Part shown: piece by piece, positions 27,411 through 49,915 of the stretch | Layout: every line of letters starts with the position of its first letter | Numbering within the stretch: position 1 is the stretch's first letter | From: the human T2T-CHM13v2.0 reference genome, Homo sapiens | Reading direction: 5' to 3' (one strand) | Length of the DNA: 64,000 nt | Assembly: GCF_009914755.1 (NCBI RefSeq) | Contig: NC_060925.1 | Position numbers and translations under genes: made by a program | The notes under the pieces: generated by a model | Seen by the model: only the letters and a program-made list of their open reading frames with translations | Database searches by the model: none | What the model was told of the DNA's origin: nothing

Positions 27411-30400
27411 CAGCCTCCAGGAAAAAAAAATGGCAGATAGGAGGCAGGACTAACTTGCATCTCCCACTCAGATGAACAGAACAGCATGTGGAGACTGACA
27501 TCATGAGCTTTTGCTCCAAGAACTACCACAGGAACATACCAGGAACACTGAAAGGATTCACAGACTCTTTGAAAAAGTGGCTTGTGGCTGCAAACTCTGT
27601 GAGGCAGCTGAAAAATTGTGAGTGCCCAAAATGTGAAGGGGGAAAGCCTACCTCCGAACACACATCCTCACTGGGGAACCTGAAAATCCAGATCACGGGA
27701 GAAGGATTTAACCTTACCTAGAGCTGAAATGAATTTAGAGAGCTGAGAAAAATATAAAAATAGAAGCAGCACTGGGAAGAGCCCTCTAGGTGCTCCCAGT
27801 CACCAGGGAAGCCATTTCTGACTTTATCTCACTGGGGTCCTTGGGGAGGGCTGCCAATGGAATTGGGGAAGGACCATAGGGAGAAGGAAACTTCCAGTTG
27901 AGCTTTGTAATAATTTTGACCAAGTGTGAATTTTCCTAGGCAGAATCCAGGAGTGGGAGATGGACGGGAAGTGCAGATAGGACCACAGAAGCAGTGGCAA
28001 GCTGGGAGAGGTAGGGCCTGAAAGCCCTGCTGGCTTTTTCAGTGGAGAGGCTTGTAGCCTGGGGCAATTAGTGCCCTAGCGCCCATATAAGAAAAGACAA
28101 GAGAAAGCATTTGAGAAAACCAGTGTACTAAACAAAACTACAACCAAGGACCCTCACAGAGTCCACTTCACTCATATGCTACCTCTACTGGAGCAAGTGC
28201 TGGTATCCATGGCTGAGAGACCTGAAGACAGATCACATCACAGGACTCTTTGCAGACACTCCCCAGTACCAGCCCGGAGCCCAAGCTCCATTAGGTGGCT
28301 AGACCCACAACAGCAATAACAATCACTGTCTAGCTCTCAGGAAGCCCCATCCCTAGAGGAAGGGTGAGAGTACCACATCAAGGGATCACCCCATGGCACA
28401 AAATAATCTGAACAGCAGCCCTTGAGTCCCAGATCTTTCTTCTGACATAGTCTACCCAAATGAGAAGGAACCAGAAAAACAATTCTGGTAACATGACAAA
28501 GCAAGGTTCTTCAACACTCTCAAAAGATCACACTAGCTCACCAGCAATGGATCCAAACCAAGAAGAAATCTCTGAATTTCCAAAGAAAGAATTCAGAAGG
28601 TCAATTGTTAAGCTACTCAAGGAGGCACCAGAAAAATGTGAAAGCCAATTTAAAGAAATTTAAACAATCATACAGGATATGGACAAAAAATCTCCAGAAA
28701 AATAACACAAATAAAATACAATCAACTTCTGGAAATGAAAGACAGACTTAGAGAAATGCAAGCTACCTGGAAAGTTTCAAAAATAGAATCAAATACATAG
28801 AAGAAAGAACTTCAGAGCTTGAAAACAAGGCTTTTGAATTAACCCAATCTGACAAAGACAAAGAAAAAATAATTAAAAAATGAACAAAGCCTCCAAGAAG
28901 TTTGGGATTATGTTAAACAACCAAACCTAAGAATAATTGGTGTTTCTGAGAAAGAAGATTCGAGGCAATAATTAAGGGAAACTTTCCTGGCCTTGCTAGA
29001 GATCTAGACATCCAAATACAAGAAGCTCAAAGAACACCCGAGAAATTCATCACAAAAAGATCATCAACTAGGCACATAGTCATCAGGTTATTGAAAGTCA
29101 GGATGAATGAAGGAATCTTAAGAGCTATGAGGCAAAAGCATCAAGAAACCTATAAAGGAAAACATGTTAGATTAACCCCAGATTTCTTAGCAGAAACCCT
29201 ACAAGTTAGAAGGGATTGGGGTCCTATTTTTAGCCTCCTCTAACAAAACAATTATCAGCCAAGAATTTTGTATCCAGCAAAACTAAGCTTCATAAATGAA
29301 GGAAACATAAAGTCTTTGTCAGACAAACAAATGCTGAGAGAATTAACCACTACCAAGTCAGCACTCCAAGAACTGCTAAAAGAAGTTCTAAATCTTGAAG
29401 CAAAACCTCAGAATACACCAAAATAGAATCTCCTTAAAGCATAAATCTCAAAAGACCTATAAAACAATAACACAATGAAAAGAAAAGGTATTTAGGCAAC
29501 AACTAGCACGATGAATAGAATAGTACCTCACATTTCAATAACGTTGACTGTAAATGGCCTAACCACTCCGCTTAAAAGATACAGAATGGCTGAATGGATA
29601 AGAATTCACCAACCAAGTATCTGCTGTCTTCAAGAGATTCACCTAACACATAAGGACTCACATAAACTTAAGGTAAAGGGGTAGAAAAGGATATATCATG
29701 CAAATGGAAACCAAAAGTAAGCAGGACTAGTTATTCTTATATCAGACAAAACAGACTTTAAAGCAACAACACTTAAAAAAGAGGGATATTATATAATGAT
29801 AAAAGGTCTAGTCCAACGGGAAAATGTCACAATCCTAAATATGTATGCACCTAATGCTGGAGCTCCCAAATTTATAAAACAATTACTACTGGACCTAAGA
29901 AATGAGATAGACAGCAACACAATAATAGTGGGGGACTTCAATACTCCACTCACAGCACTAGGCAGATCATTAAGACAGAAAGCCAACAAAGAAAAAATGG
30001 ATGTAAACTATACCCTAGAACAAATGGACTTAACAGATATTACAAAACATTCTACCCAACAATTGCAGAATATACATTTTCATCAGCATATGGAACATTC
30101 TCCAAGATAGACCATATGATAGACCACAAAACAAGTCTCAATAAATTTAAGAAAATCAAAATTCTATCACGTACCCTCTCAGACCACATTGGAATAAAAT
30201 TGGAAATCAACTCCAAAAGGAACTCACAAAACCATGCAAATACATGGAAATTATATAATCTGTGCCTAAATGATTGTTGAGTTGAAATCAAGGTGGAAAT
30301 TAAAATATTATTTGAACTGAGCAATAATAGTGACACAACCTATCAAAACCTCTGGGATACAGCAAAAGCAGTGCTAAGAGGAAAGTTCATAGCATTAAAT

Positions 30401-30782
30401 GCCTAAATCAAGAAGTCTGAAAAAACACAGACGATCTAAGGTCTCACCTCAAGGAAGTAGAGAAACAAGAACAAACCAAACCCAAACCCAGCAGAGGAAA
30501 GGAAATAACAAAGATCAGAGCAGAACTAGATGAAATTGAAACAAAAAAAAAATACAAAAGGTAAATGAAACAAAAAGCTGATTCTTTCAAAAGATAAAAT
30601 TGATAGACCATTAGTGAGATTAACCAAGAAAAGAAGAGAGAAGATTCAAATAAGCTCAATTAGAAATGAAATGGAAGATATTACAACTGATACCACAGAA
30701 GTACAAAAGAACATTCAAGGCACAAACTAGAAAACCTAGAGGAGATGGATAAATTCCTAGAAATATACAACCCTCCTAGAAG

Positions 30783-31109
<327 letters not shown>

Positions 31110-31626
31110 TTATATGTGTGTGTGTGTGTATATATGCATATGTACATATACATACATATATGTGTGTGTATATATGCATATGTACATATACATACATATA
31201 TGTATGTGTATGTATATGTATGTATATGTGTATATGTACATATACATATATATACACACACACACACATATACACATATACAAACATACAAAACCATCCT
31301 AGATTAAACCAGGAAGAAATAGAAACTGAAAAGATCAATACAGACAGCGAGATTGAAATGGTAATTTTAAAATTGCCAACAAAAAAAAGTCAAGGACCAA
31401 ATGGATTCACAGCTGAATTCTATCAGATATTCGAAGAATTTATATCAATCTTATTTAAACTATTTCAAAAAATAGAGAGAGGAAATCCTCCCTAATTATT
31501 CTATGAAGCAAGTATCATCCTAATACCAAAACCAAGAAAGGACATAGCAAAAAAAGGAAACTACAGACCAGCATCCCTGATGAACATAGATGTAAAAATC
31601 CTCAAAATACTAACTGAATCTAGCAG

Positions 31627-34217
<2,591 letters not shown>

Positions 34218-35984
34218 AATAGCATATCAAAATATAATCCACCATCATCAAGTGGGTTTCATACCAGGGATGCAGGGATGGTTTAACATACGCAAGTCAA
34301 TAAATGTGATACACCACATAAACAGAATTAAAAACAAAAATCAAATGATCATCTCAATAGATAAAGAAAAAGCATTTGACAAAATCCAGCATCCCTTTAG
34401 GATTAAAACCCTCAGCAGAATCAGCATACAAGGGACAAACCTTAAGCTTATAAAAACCATGTATGACAAACCCACAGCCAACATTATACTGAATGGGGAA
34501 AGTTGACAGAACTGGAGCAATACAAGGATGCCCACTTTCACCATTTCTATTCAACATAGTTCTGGAATTCCTGACCAGAGCAGTCAGACAAGAGAAAGAA
34601 ATAAAGGGCATCCAAATCGGTAAAGAGGAAGTCAAACTGTCACTGTTCACTGATGATATGATCATATACTTAGAAAACCCTAAAGACTCATCCAAAAAGC
34701 TCCAAGATCTAATAAATGAATTCAGTAAAGTTTCAGGATACAAAATCAATGTACACAAATCAGTAGCCCTGCTATACAACAGTGACCATGCTGAGAATCA
34801 AATCAAGAACTCAACCTCTTTTACAATAGCTGCAAAAAATTTTTTAAAATTAGGAATATACTTAACCAAGAAGGTGAAAGACCTCTACAAGGAAAACTAC
34901 AAAACACTGCTGAAAGAAATCATAGATGACACAAACAAATGGAACCACATCCCATGCTCATGGATGGGTAGAATCAATATTGTGAAAATGACCATACTGC
35001 CAAAAGCAATCTACAGATTCAATGTTATTCCCGTCAAAATACCAGCATCATTCTTCACAGAACTAGAAAAAAAATCCTAAAATTAATATGGAACCAAAAA
35101 AGATCCTACATAGCCAAAGCAAGACTAAGCAAAAAGAACAAATCTGAAAGCATCTTATTACCCGACTTCAAACTATACCATAAGGCTATAGTCACCAAAA
35201 CAACATGGTACTGGTATAAAAATAGGTACATAGACTAATGGAACAGAATAGAGAACCCCGAAATAAAGCCAAATAGTTATAGCCAGCTGATCTTCAACAA
35301 AGCAAACAAACCATAAAGTGAGGAAAGAATACTCTACTCAACAAATAGTGCTGGGATAATTGGCAAGCCACATGTAAAAGAATGAAACTGGATTCTCATC
35401 TCTCACCTTATACAAAAAATCAACTCAAGGTGGATCAAAGGCTTAAATCTAAGACTTGAAACCGTAAAAATTACAGAAGATAACATTGGAAAAATGCTAC
35501 TAGACATTGGCTTAGGCAAAGACTTCATGACCAAGAACCCAAAACAAAAGCAACAAAAACAAAGATAAATAGATGGGACTTAATTAAACTAAAAAGTTTC
35601 TGCACAGTGAAAGAAACAATCAGCAGAGCAAACAGACAACCCACAGAGTGGGAGAAAATCTTTGCAATCTGTGCATCTGACAAAGGACTAATACCCAGAC
35701 TCTACAAGAAACTCAAACAGATCAGCAAGAAGAAAACAAATAATCCTGTCAAAAATTGGGCTAAGGACATGAACAGACAATTCTCAAAAGAAGATATACA
35801 AATGGCCAACAAACATATGAAAAAATGCTGAACATCACGAATGATTAGGGAAATACAAATCAAAACCACAATGCAATACCACCTTATTCCTGCAAAAATG
35901 GCCATAATAAAAAAATAATAGATGTTGGCGTGGATTTGGTGAAAAGGGAACACTTTTACACTGCTGGTGCTGAATGTAAACTAG

Positions 35985-36321
<337 letters not shown>

Positions 36322-36950
36322 GAATTCCTTAAAGAACTAAAAGTAGATCTACCATTTGATTCAGCAATCCCATTACTGGGTATCTAACCAGAGGAAAAGA
36401 AGTCATTATACGAAAAAGGCACTTGTACATGCATGTTTATAGCAGAACAATTCACAATTGCAAAAATATGGAACCAGCTCAAATGCCCATCAATCAACGA
36501 GTGGATAAAAAAATGTGATATATATACAATAGAATACTACTCAGCCATAAAAAGGAAAGAAATAATGGCATTTCCAGCAACCTGGATGGAGTTGGAGACC
36601 ATTATTCTAAGTGAAGTAACTCAGGAATGGAAAACAGAACGTTGTATGTTCTCTCTCATAAGTGGGAGCTAAGCTATGAGGGCACAAAGGCATAAGAATG
36701 ATACAATGGGTTTGGGGACTCAGGAGAAAGGGTGGGAGGTGGTGAGGGATGAAAGACTACACATTGGGTACAGTGTACACTGCTCGAGTGGTGGGTGCAC
36801 CCAATCTCAGAAATCACCACTAAAGAAATTATCCATGTAACCAAACACTATCTGTTCCCCAAAAGCCTATTGAAATATTAAAAGGTGAAAAAAAAGAAAT
36901 ATTCAAATAGTGGCTTGAATAAACTGTTTTTAAGAAAAAAAAAAGGTGGG

Positions 36951-40290
<3,340 letters not shown>

Positions 40291-40349
40291 CTATTTGTAT
40301 GTATTAATTTAATTTGAAAATAGTGTGGTGGGATAAAAAAATTAAAACT

Positions 40350-40380
40350 CAATATGTATTAGATAATTTAAAACTTTATT
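40350..40380 (-). terminator. Candidate distal poly(A) signal AATAAA (minus strand)
   Basis: Plus-strand TTTATT at 40375-40380 with U-rich flanks on both sides, at the boundary between unique sequence and old L1. Confidence 0.4.
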
Positions 40381-40874
40381 GAGTGAAAAAAGAAAATGGC
40401 ATCTGAATTGTTTAAAAAAATGTAACAGCAAAATCAATGTCTGCACAAAAATGATTTTTACAGACACAAATACTAAAATATCCACGTTGATATCTATAAG
40501 CCCATTTTCTTGGTGTTTCTCTCTTGACTACTGTGGTTTCTCTCTTGAGTGATAGAAGACCATTCTGAATACTGAGACTTATAAACAACTTATTTGTAGC
40601 CCAACAAAGGGATTTATCTGTTCCTGGTTGAGCTCTGGGCCCTGCAGCAACCACAAACCACTTGTGTCAGAATCACTTTGTGTGCTGGCTAAAAATGGCA
40701 GATTCCTGGCCTCCCCCAGGACATGATGAATAAGAATCTGTGCTTAGGCTTTGATAAAGAGAAAGACAAAAAGAGAAAGAGAAAGATAAAGAAAAGAGAG
40801 AAAGAAAGAAAGAAAGAGGAGAGAGAGAGAATATGAATATCTCTGCTGGTATTACCTGTACATTCATGATTTTA

Positions 40875-41200
<326 letters not shown>

Positions 41201-42263
41201 TCCCCTTATGCTTACAACCCTGAAAATCATTATGGCAGGAGGAGGGGACAGAGAATCTGACTTCCAGAAAAAGGGGGTATCATCGACAAAAATCCAGCCC
41301 TGATTTCCTGGGATAAGAAGACTAGAAGCCTGGAAGAAAAGTGACTTCCATTCTATGTTCTTTCTTACAACTGCCTTGACATTCTCTATGATACATATAT
41401 ACATGTAAGGAGAGCTCTAAAATGGCCCATAATTTATCTGCCTACCCAGATCAAGCCATTGTACTGGTTTGAGGACAGTTCAAAAAAGTCAGTCAGTGCT
41501 ATTTCTTTCAGTAGACAGAAGAGCTATTCTCTCATGGACATCATTACTAAAAATTAAGCCTTGGAATTTATCAGGGACTCCTGCCACAATAAGAGAGCCT
41601 GGAGAAATAGGAGAGAGATGTGAAGGCAGCAAGTCATTGGCTGTGATTCTACAGAAGAAATATAATGACTTCAGAGCAAAGCAAAACTCCAGGCCCAACA
41701 CTGCGTCAGTGTTTTCATGTTTCCATTGAAGTACTGTTAGTCTAAAAATCTCAAAAGATGTAAAGAAAAGGACTTATCAGATAATAAACATGATTTCAAA
41801 ACTCACATAGAATTCTAGTAATTTCTAAAAGTGATAGTATTATAAATATTAGAACTGCCCCCAAAATAGTCACTTAGATATTTAGATTTTTTTTTTAAAG
41901 CCTCAGGTACTTCAGAAACAGCTTATACCTGTTATAAAACCTCCCATTTCAACACCTGGAGTCATTATTATGACTGTCATTATAATTAAATAATAAAAAT
42001 CTCAGTAAAACAAAATTAGAAATTTAAAAATCAGTTTTTTTAAAAAAAGTTTGCTTTGAGAAGATCTTTACTGCACATAACTGAATTCACTTCTATTTGA
42101 ATAAATAGTAAACACAATAAATATTCATGTGTTGAAAGTCCCTGCAATTCTCAATTAGCAGTCTATAAGGGGTAGAGACTATTATGTCTTTTTACAGCAC
42201 ACATTTATCTTATCTTAAAATTTTAAGCATAATTATTTTCACATATATATATGTGTGTACATA

Positions 42264-42548
42264 TTTGAGACAGAGTCTCACTCTGTCACCCAGGCCAGAG
42301 TGCAGTGGCATGATCACAGCTCACTGCTGTTGACTTCCTGGGCTCAAGCAATCCTCCTGCCTTAGCCTCCCAAGTAGCTGCGACTATAGGCGTGTACCAC
42401 CACGCCCGGTTAGTTTTTTCTGTTTTTTTTGTAGATATGAGTCTCACTATGTTGCCTAGGCTGGTCTCAAACTCCTGGGCTCTCGCAATCCTCCTGCCTT
42501 GGCCTCCCAAAGTGCAGGTATTACAGGCATGAGCCACTGTGCATAGCC
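42264..42548 (-). mobile_element. AluJ
   Basis: Diverged Alu dimer. Confidence 0.88.
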
Positions 42549-42714
42549 CCGAAATATTTTTAATGTGAGTTATAGAACCTTGCCCCATAAAACCACAGCC
42601 TCTCACCCCAAAACACTTCGCTGTGAGACATAATGTGCCTATGAAAGGTATAGTACATCACTAGTTTTAACAGGCTGCTCAAGTACTAATAAAATAATAA
42701 TTACTTCATCAAAA

Positions 42715-42738
42715 ATGCATTTGGTATATGCTTTAATT
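42715..42738 (-). terminator. MCOLN3: Probable proximal MCOLN3 poly(A) signal (ATTAAA) and cleavage region
   Basis: Plus-strand TTTAAT at 42733-42738, about 1 kb past the stop, with a U-rich tract downstream on the minus strand. Confidence 0.55.
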
Positions 42739-42880
42739 TCATGCATGTATAAGATACTCTTTTTACTTTCTACTTTAACACTGAAGGAGGATAGAAAACT
42801 TGTAAATGAGTATTTAAAAGCCTGATCCTCTTAAGAACTAAAAGCAGAATCAAGTAACAGTTGGCTTTCATAACCAAATA

Positions 42881-43206
42881 CAGTCATATGCTGGATAACG
42901 ATGTTTTGGTCAATGATGTACCGCATATACAATGGTGGTCCCAGAAGATTATAAAACCATATTTTTACTGTCCCTTTTCTATGTTTAGATACTTACCATT
43001 GTGTTACAATTGCCTACTGTATTCAATACAGTAACATGTTGTACAGATTTGTACCCCAGGACCAACAGGCTATACCAAATAGCCTAGGTGTGTAGTAGGC
43101 TATACCATCTAGGTTTGTGGAAGTACATGCTATGATGTTTAATGACAAAATCGCCTAATGACACATTTCTCAGAACATATCTCCATCCTTAAGTGACATA
43201 TGGCCG
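42881..43206 (+). mobile_element. Tigger3/MER7-type MITE in the MCOLN3 3'UTR
   Basis: TA-cagtcatatg...ataacgatgttttggtcaatgatg...aagtgacatatggccg-TA. Confidence 0.78.
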
Positions 43207-43220
43207 TATCACATTGTTAG

Positions 43221-43270
43221 CTGGTGCGCTCTTATTCTGGTGCGCTCTTATTCTGGTGCACTCTTATTCT
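43221..43270. repeat. 16-bp tandem triplication in the MCOLN3 3'UTR
   Basis: CTGGTGCGCTCTTATT x2 followed by CTGGTGCACTCTTATT. Confidence 0.92.
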
Positions 43271-43756
43271 TCCTTTCAAGAGAAGATTTTAAAATGCAAT
43301 GATTACTGTATAAATGGTAACTACACCCACTCTCTCAAGGATGGACTCCTGAGAGTGGTCCAAGCCAGGGTTACTGAGTTGTCCAAAGTCACAGTCAGAC
43401 CAAGGATTGTTTTCCACTAATTATACAGTCTGCACAATCAGAATAGCAGGAGCAACAGTATCAGAGCAAAAGAGAGGCATACAGAATACATTCTAAAGCC
43501 ATGGCAAAATAAACAAGAAATAATAATAATCCAATAGCTTTCCTCATTAAAGTTTTTTTAAAAACAATCCCAGCATAAAGTTGCAAAGACATTAAATATT
43601 GCTTTTAAAAATATAAACAGTTATTGGTGAATTATAGGTCTCAATTAGCTCAAAATAACAGTCTTCAAACATACTACATCTGATCTCAGAATATCCACAG
43701 TGTTCCAACTCAGCTACACATTATATTTTCCTCTAAAGTACAGATAAACCTGATAG

Positions 43757-43891
43757 CTACTTTTTACAACAGCAGAATAAAGATACTGGAGGGTCATCTT
43801 CTAATCTGTATTTTCCAGAGTTGGGTAGATCTTTGCATTCTGATATAAATGTACGAAGTTCAGTCTCTGGGAAGCCATCTTGTTGGTATTG
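43757..43891 (-). CDS. MCOLN3: MCOLN3 last coding exon (exon 13)
   Basis: Encodes QYQQDGFPETELRTFISECKDLPNSGKYRLEDDPPVSLFCCCKK followed by TAG (43759-43757). Acceptor tttag|CAA. Ends in a C-terminal CCC cluster. Confidence 0.96.
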   Translation of the reverse strand, partial: QYQQDGFPETELRTFISECKDLPNSGKYRLEDDPPVSLFCCCKK

Positions 43892-45703
43892 CTAAACAGA
43901 AGAATGTTAAAAAGCTTTTATTAATAAGCTCCTTGAAAACAGCTTCATTCCAAATTCAAAATGGATCATTTGGCAAGGGAGGGGGTTTTCTAGAGAGATA
44001 GTATCGTTACTCCTGAGTACCTGCAAAGGAGATGTAGCCTCTAGAGTCACTCAGGTTTGGCGGAGGTAAAGTGGGCCTGGGATTCTGCAGCTGCCTACCT
44101 GAGCTCTCTTTCTGGGTCCACTGAAACCCAAATGGGCACACTGAGTCGAAGTCTGAGTCGTCCTTCCAGGGAGAATTGAGCTAGCCCCATCCCAAGTCCG
44201 AGAACCTCTGTCACTACTCTGCCCTGCAGGCCTGTGACTTCCAGACCAGTGTGATGCAGGCATTTTTGAAGGAACATGGTTCAGGCCACAAGAAGCCCAG
44301 TGGATCTAAATTAACAAGGTTTTCTAGTAGGCCGAGGGATGGAAATCCCTGGCCTTGCCCAGAACACCTCAGCACAGTCTTGGACTCTCTCGAGTTGGCC
44401 CAAGTGTCTGGACAAAGGTCTGAATGCTGTAAGGGACCTTTCCAATCTGCACACCCTTTTGGAGTCAGTCTTCCAGCCAGGCAAGTTTGTTTAAGGGCCT
44501 CATATTTATATCGGTTTGGGACCTAAAATTTCTAGGACATGCCATGATTAGAAAGGATCAGAAGTAACTTAGCTTGCCCATTTGGCAAGTGCTCTGAGCC
44601 CACGGAAAGAGGTTAGCGTCTAAAATACGAGTTTCAGGCTTATGTCATCAAAGGTGAAAACCCATGTTATCCTTAGAGCTCTCAGATGTCACCCTCGAAT
44701 AACACACAGTTCTCTGCACGCAGAGTTGGAGGCAGTGAACTTTTAGAGCACCATTTGGAGGGATCTGAAGTTACAACTACATTCTTTCCCAGTTGCCTTG
44801 GTGATCCTAAGGACACATCTGCTAAGCAGATGAGAGCAAAGAGGACATTCGGTCCCTGAAATCTTGTTCAGTGAGGATGAAGTCACAGCCCTGGCTTCAT
44901 GAGCAAAGTATTCATCATTATCAGCTTCAAACCAAGGCGTTCTCTTTATCCCTAGGGCCAATCACATGGCTTCATGTTTCTTTATCCCTCTCATACCCAG
45001 AAAGAAAAGTCCCCAAGTGGAAGTGTCTATGCCACAAATACACCTAACAGTATAAGTTATGGAAATTGAAACATATATGGATATTTATTCTGCCTTTCCA
45101 TATTTCAACAGGCTCAAATTGATTTTTAAAAGATTTTATATGAATGACAATAGCTTTTCAGTTCAGGTATCTGACTGTATAAAGCTACATGCTAGTACTG
45201 GACCCATTAATCCTTTTGCTATTCTGGAGGCTGGGCCCCTGGGCTTGTGCCCTGCAGGGCCTTGCAAAGAAAATGGGCTCAGTTACAGTACACTCAAAAC
45301 AAAGGGGTCAATTTTTCTTTATGAAAATTGGAGTTTTTATGTTCCCCACAATATTTTGGCTTTCTGAAATGCCATATGTTTTATTCACACAATATCTACT
45401 AACCCTTATAATTCTTTATTTAGTTTTTTACTCTTTGCCCCCCAGACTTCTAATGACCCTTATAATTCTAATAAAAGGTTAGAAAGCTTGTGTGAGAAAG
45501 TATAACTACTTAGAGACTAAGACTTTCAACATTCAATTTTTCCACTAGTTCTATTTATCAATTTCTAAAAATAAGGTCCTTTTTCTCTATCCTGAAGAAA
45601 TTAACATTCCATCAACTTTTCTTCTACCATTAGGTACTGAATTTTACTGCTACTCTACAAGTTATAGGACAATGCTACTACTTATGGCTCTTGATAAACC
45701 TAC

Positions 45704-45910
45704 CTTAATTGTTTCGTATGTATCAGTGATCAGTGCAATGAAAAGACTTAAAATCATATATATAAAGAGGCTGATGAATGAGTAGAGGTAAATTCTACTA
45801 AACAGCCAGACTAAGTAACTTTTTTGCTGCATTTTTGCAAACGTGGCAAACATATCATCTCCATTTATCAGAGAGAAAAGGCACTCAGAGACCATGTTCA
45901 GAGAACGAAA
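45704..45910 (-). CDS. MCOLN3: MCOLN3 coding exon (exon 12), pore loop with NGDD filter and S6
   Basis: Encodes [69 protein letters not shown]. Junctions ttccag|TTT and AAG|gtaggt, 207 bp. Confidence 0.97.
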
Positions 45911-46702
45911 CTGGAAAAAGAAAAGAGAAAAGTTCACTTTATTCCATGTTCCTTCCCATTGGAGACCTTTGTTCATGACATTGTATTAAACATAAAGGGA
46001 CCAGATAACCCAAGCTACCATTTTCAAACAAATAACCTGAGGTAACCACACACATTTGCTTTGTGATGCATATAACATAAATAAGCCTACTATTTTTTCC
46101 TGAGACAAGCAGCTTTCTCTTAAACTAGCCTAAATCAAATGTAGGAGCTGCTCTGCACCCTCAGTGCTTTTTTGAATCAAGCCTTGCATCTGCCCTTTAC
46201 CTTAAAGAGACCTTGAAATGCCTGTGCAGAGATACCCAGGTCCCAACCATGCATGCTCATACATCTCATTTTAAAGTTCATTTCATTTAAGATAAGAGCA
46301 TAATATTCCAGACTATAGCTCTAGTAATAAAATTTTCAAATATTTCTACAAGTTTCCCCCATGCTACTTTTTAAATAATGTCACATTTTGAGAAGGCTTA
46401 TCTGAAGAGACTGCTTTTGGATATATCGATGAATCAAATTGACTAAACTTGACTTCACTGGTGGTAAACGGGACTTAATTACCTGATATATTGCAAGAAA
46501 GAATGTGAGACAGTTGAGTACATCAAATATTCTCTCAAGCTGGTCACACCCTTTCACTTTATAAATATGGCACTAGATATACTACCTTCAACATTTTAAG
46601 GCTGAATCACAAAATAAAAGGAGTTCATTGAAAAAGGATAACAAGCCACTGGCACTATGCTAAAAGCTTAATAGTAACAGGAAAAAAGTTGTTTATCAGT
46701 AC

Positions 46703-46825
46703 CTTGTCATGGTAAGGCCCCAGCACGATCCATCCACAGAAGCAGTAACCTAAGTAAATCATAGCTGCACAGCAGCAGAACCTGATGACATTGGGCAGCG
46801 CTGCCTGAAGGGTCAAAATGAGGAG
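46703..46825 (-). CDS. MCOLN3: MCOLN3 coding exon (exon 11), S5 helix including A419
   Basis: Encodes [41 protein letters not shown]. Junctions cccag|CTC and AAG|gtactg, 123 bp. A419 (varitint-waddler position) is wild-type GCA at 46768-46766. Confidence 0.96.
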
Positions 46826-46931
46826 CTGGGAAAGTAAGAGAGGCCATTAGAATGGTTTTGTCCTTTAGCCAAAGCAGTGCAATAACTTTGAGAGAAATAC
46901 CAACAGCATGGAGATCCGTGGAATTCCTTAC

Positions 46932-47033
46932 GTTGTACTTTGCAAAGAAACCGAGGTATCGGATGACTCCAAGCCACACAAGCATGGTAGAAGTCCCAAG
47001 AAGTATGCTACAGACATCATAACTAGTTAGACT
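46932..47033 (-). CDS. MCOLN3: MCOLN3 coding exon (exon 10), S4 helix
   Basis: Encodes [34 protein letters not shown]. Junctions cttag|AGT and AAC|gtaagg, 102 bp. Confidence 0.96.
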
Positions 47034-47074
47034 CTAAGAGAGAGTGGAAAAATATAATCAGATTATAAAGCAGA

Positions 47075-49350
<2,276 letters not shown>

Positions 49351-49484
49351 AAATTAATGATAGTTGAGGTTGGTAAAAATAAAGATTTGCTGCAAATCTC
49401 TCCCCTTACTCCTTTTTTTGTTTTGGTTTTTTATTTGTCCCTAAAGTTAAACATCTATTCCAATGATACATACTATAGCCACAT

Positions 49485-49915
49485 ATAGTGGCAGCTGCTA
49501 AGTGTCAACCTAAACCCATTCTCCCCTTCCTAGGCACATGCCTGGGCTGTGTTCCCTGGCTCCCTCTGCAGTTAGGATTGACTAAATTCTATCCAGTGGG
49601 ATATGTACAGAAATAAAGTCGGCCACTCTTGAGCCAAGCCATCAGTCTATGGGAGAGCTTCTACCATACCGTGTTTTTGCTTCCCATAAGCTGCAACCTG
49701 TTTGAGGCAACACGGCAATAATCATGCAGTCAGGGCAAGTCCTTAAGGGGTGGCAGAGAAACAAAATGGGAGGAACATGGGTGCCTGAATGACTGTGAGA
49801 TGTTGAGCTACTCACCAGTCTGTAAAACCCATTCTGACTATTGCATAAGACAGAAATAAGCTCCTATCTTCTCTGAGCCATTGCATTTGGGGTCTCTGCC
49901 CAGGTTTATAACCAA
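49485..49915 (+). mobile_element. Old MLT1-type LTR
   Basis: cccattctccccttcctagg...gacagaaataagctcctatc...tgagccattgcatttggggtc. Confidence 0.6.

Noticed and set aside
43917-43922. Minus-strand AATAAA just upstream of the last MCOLN3 acceptor
   Set aside because: It lies in the AT-rich branch-point region and cleavage would overlap the acceptor; likely chance.
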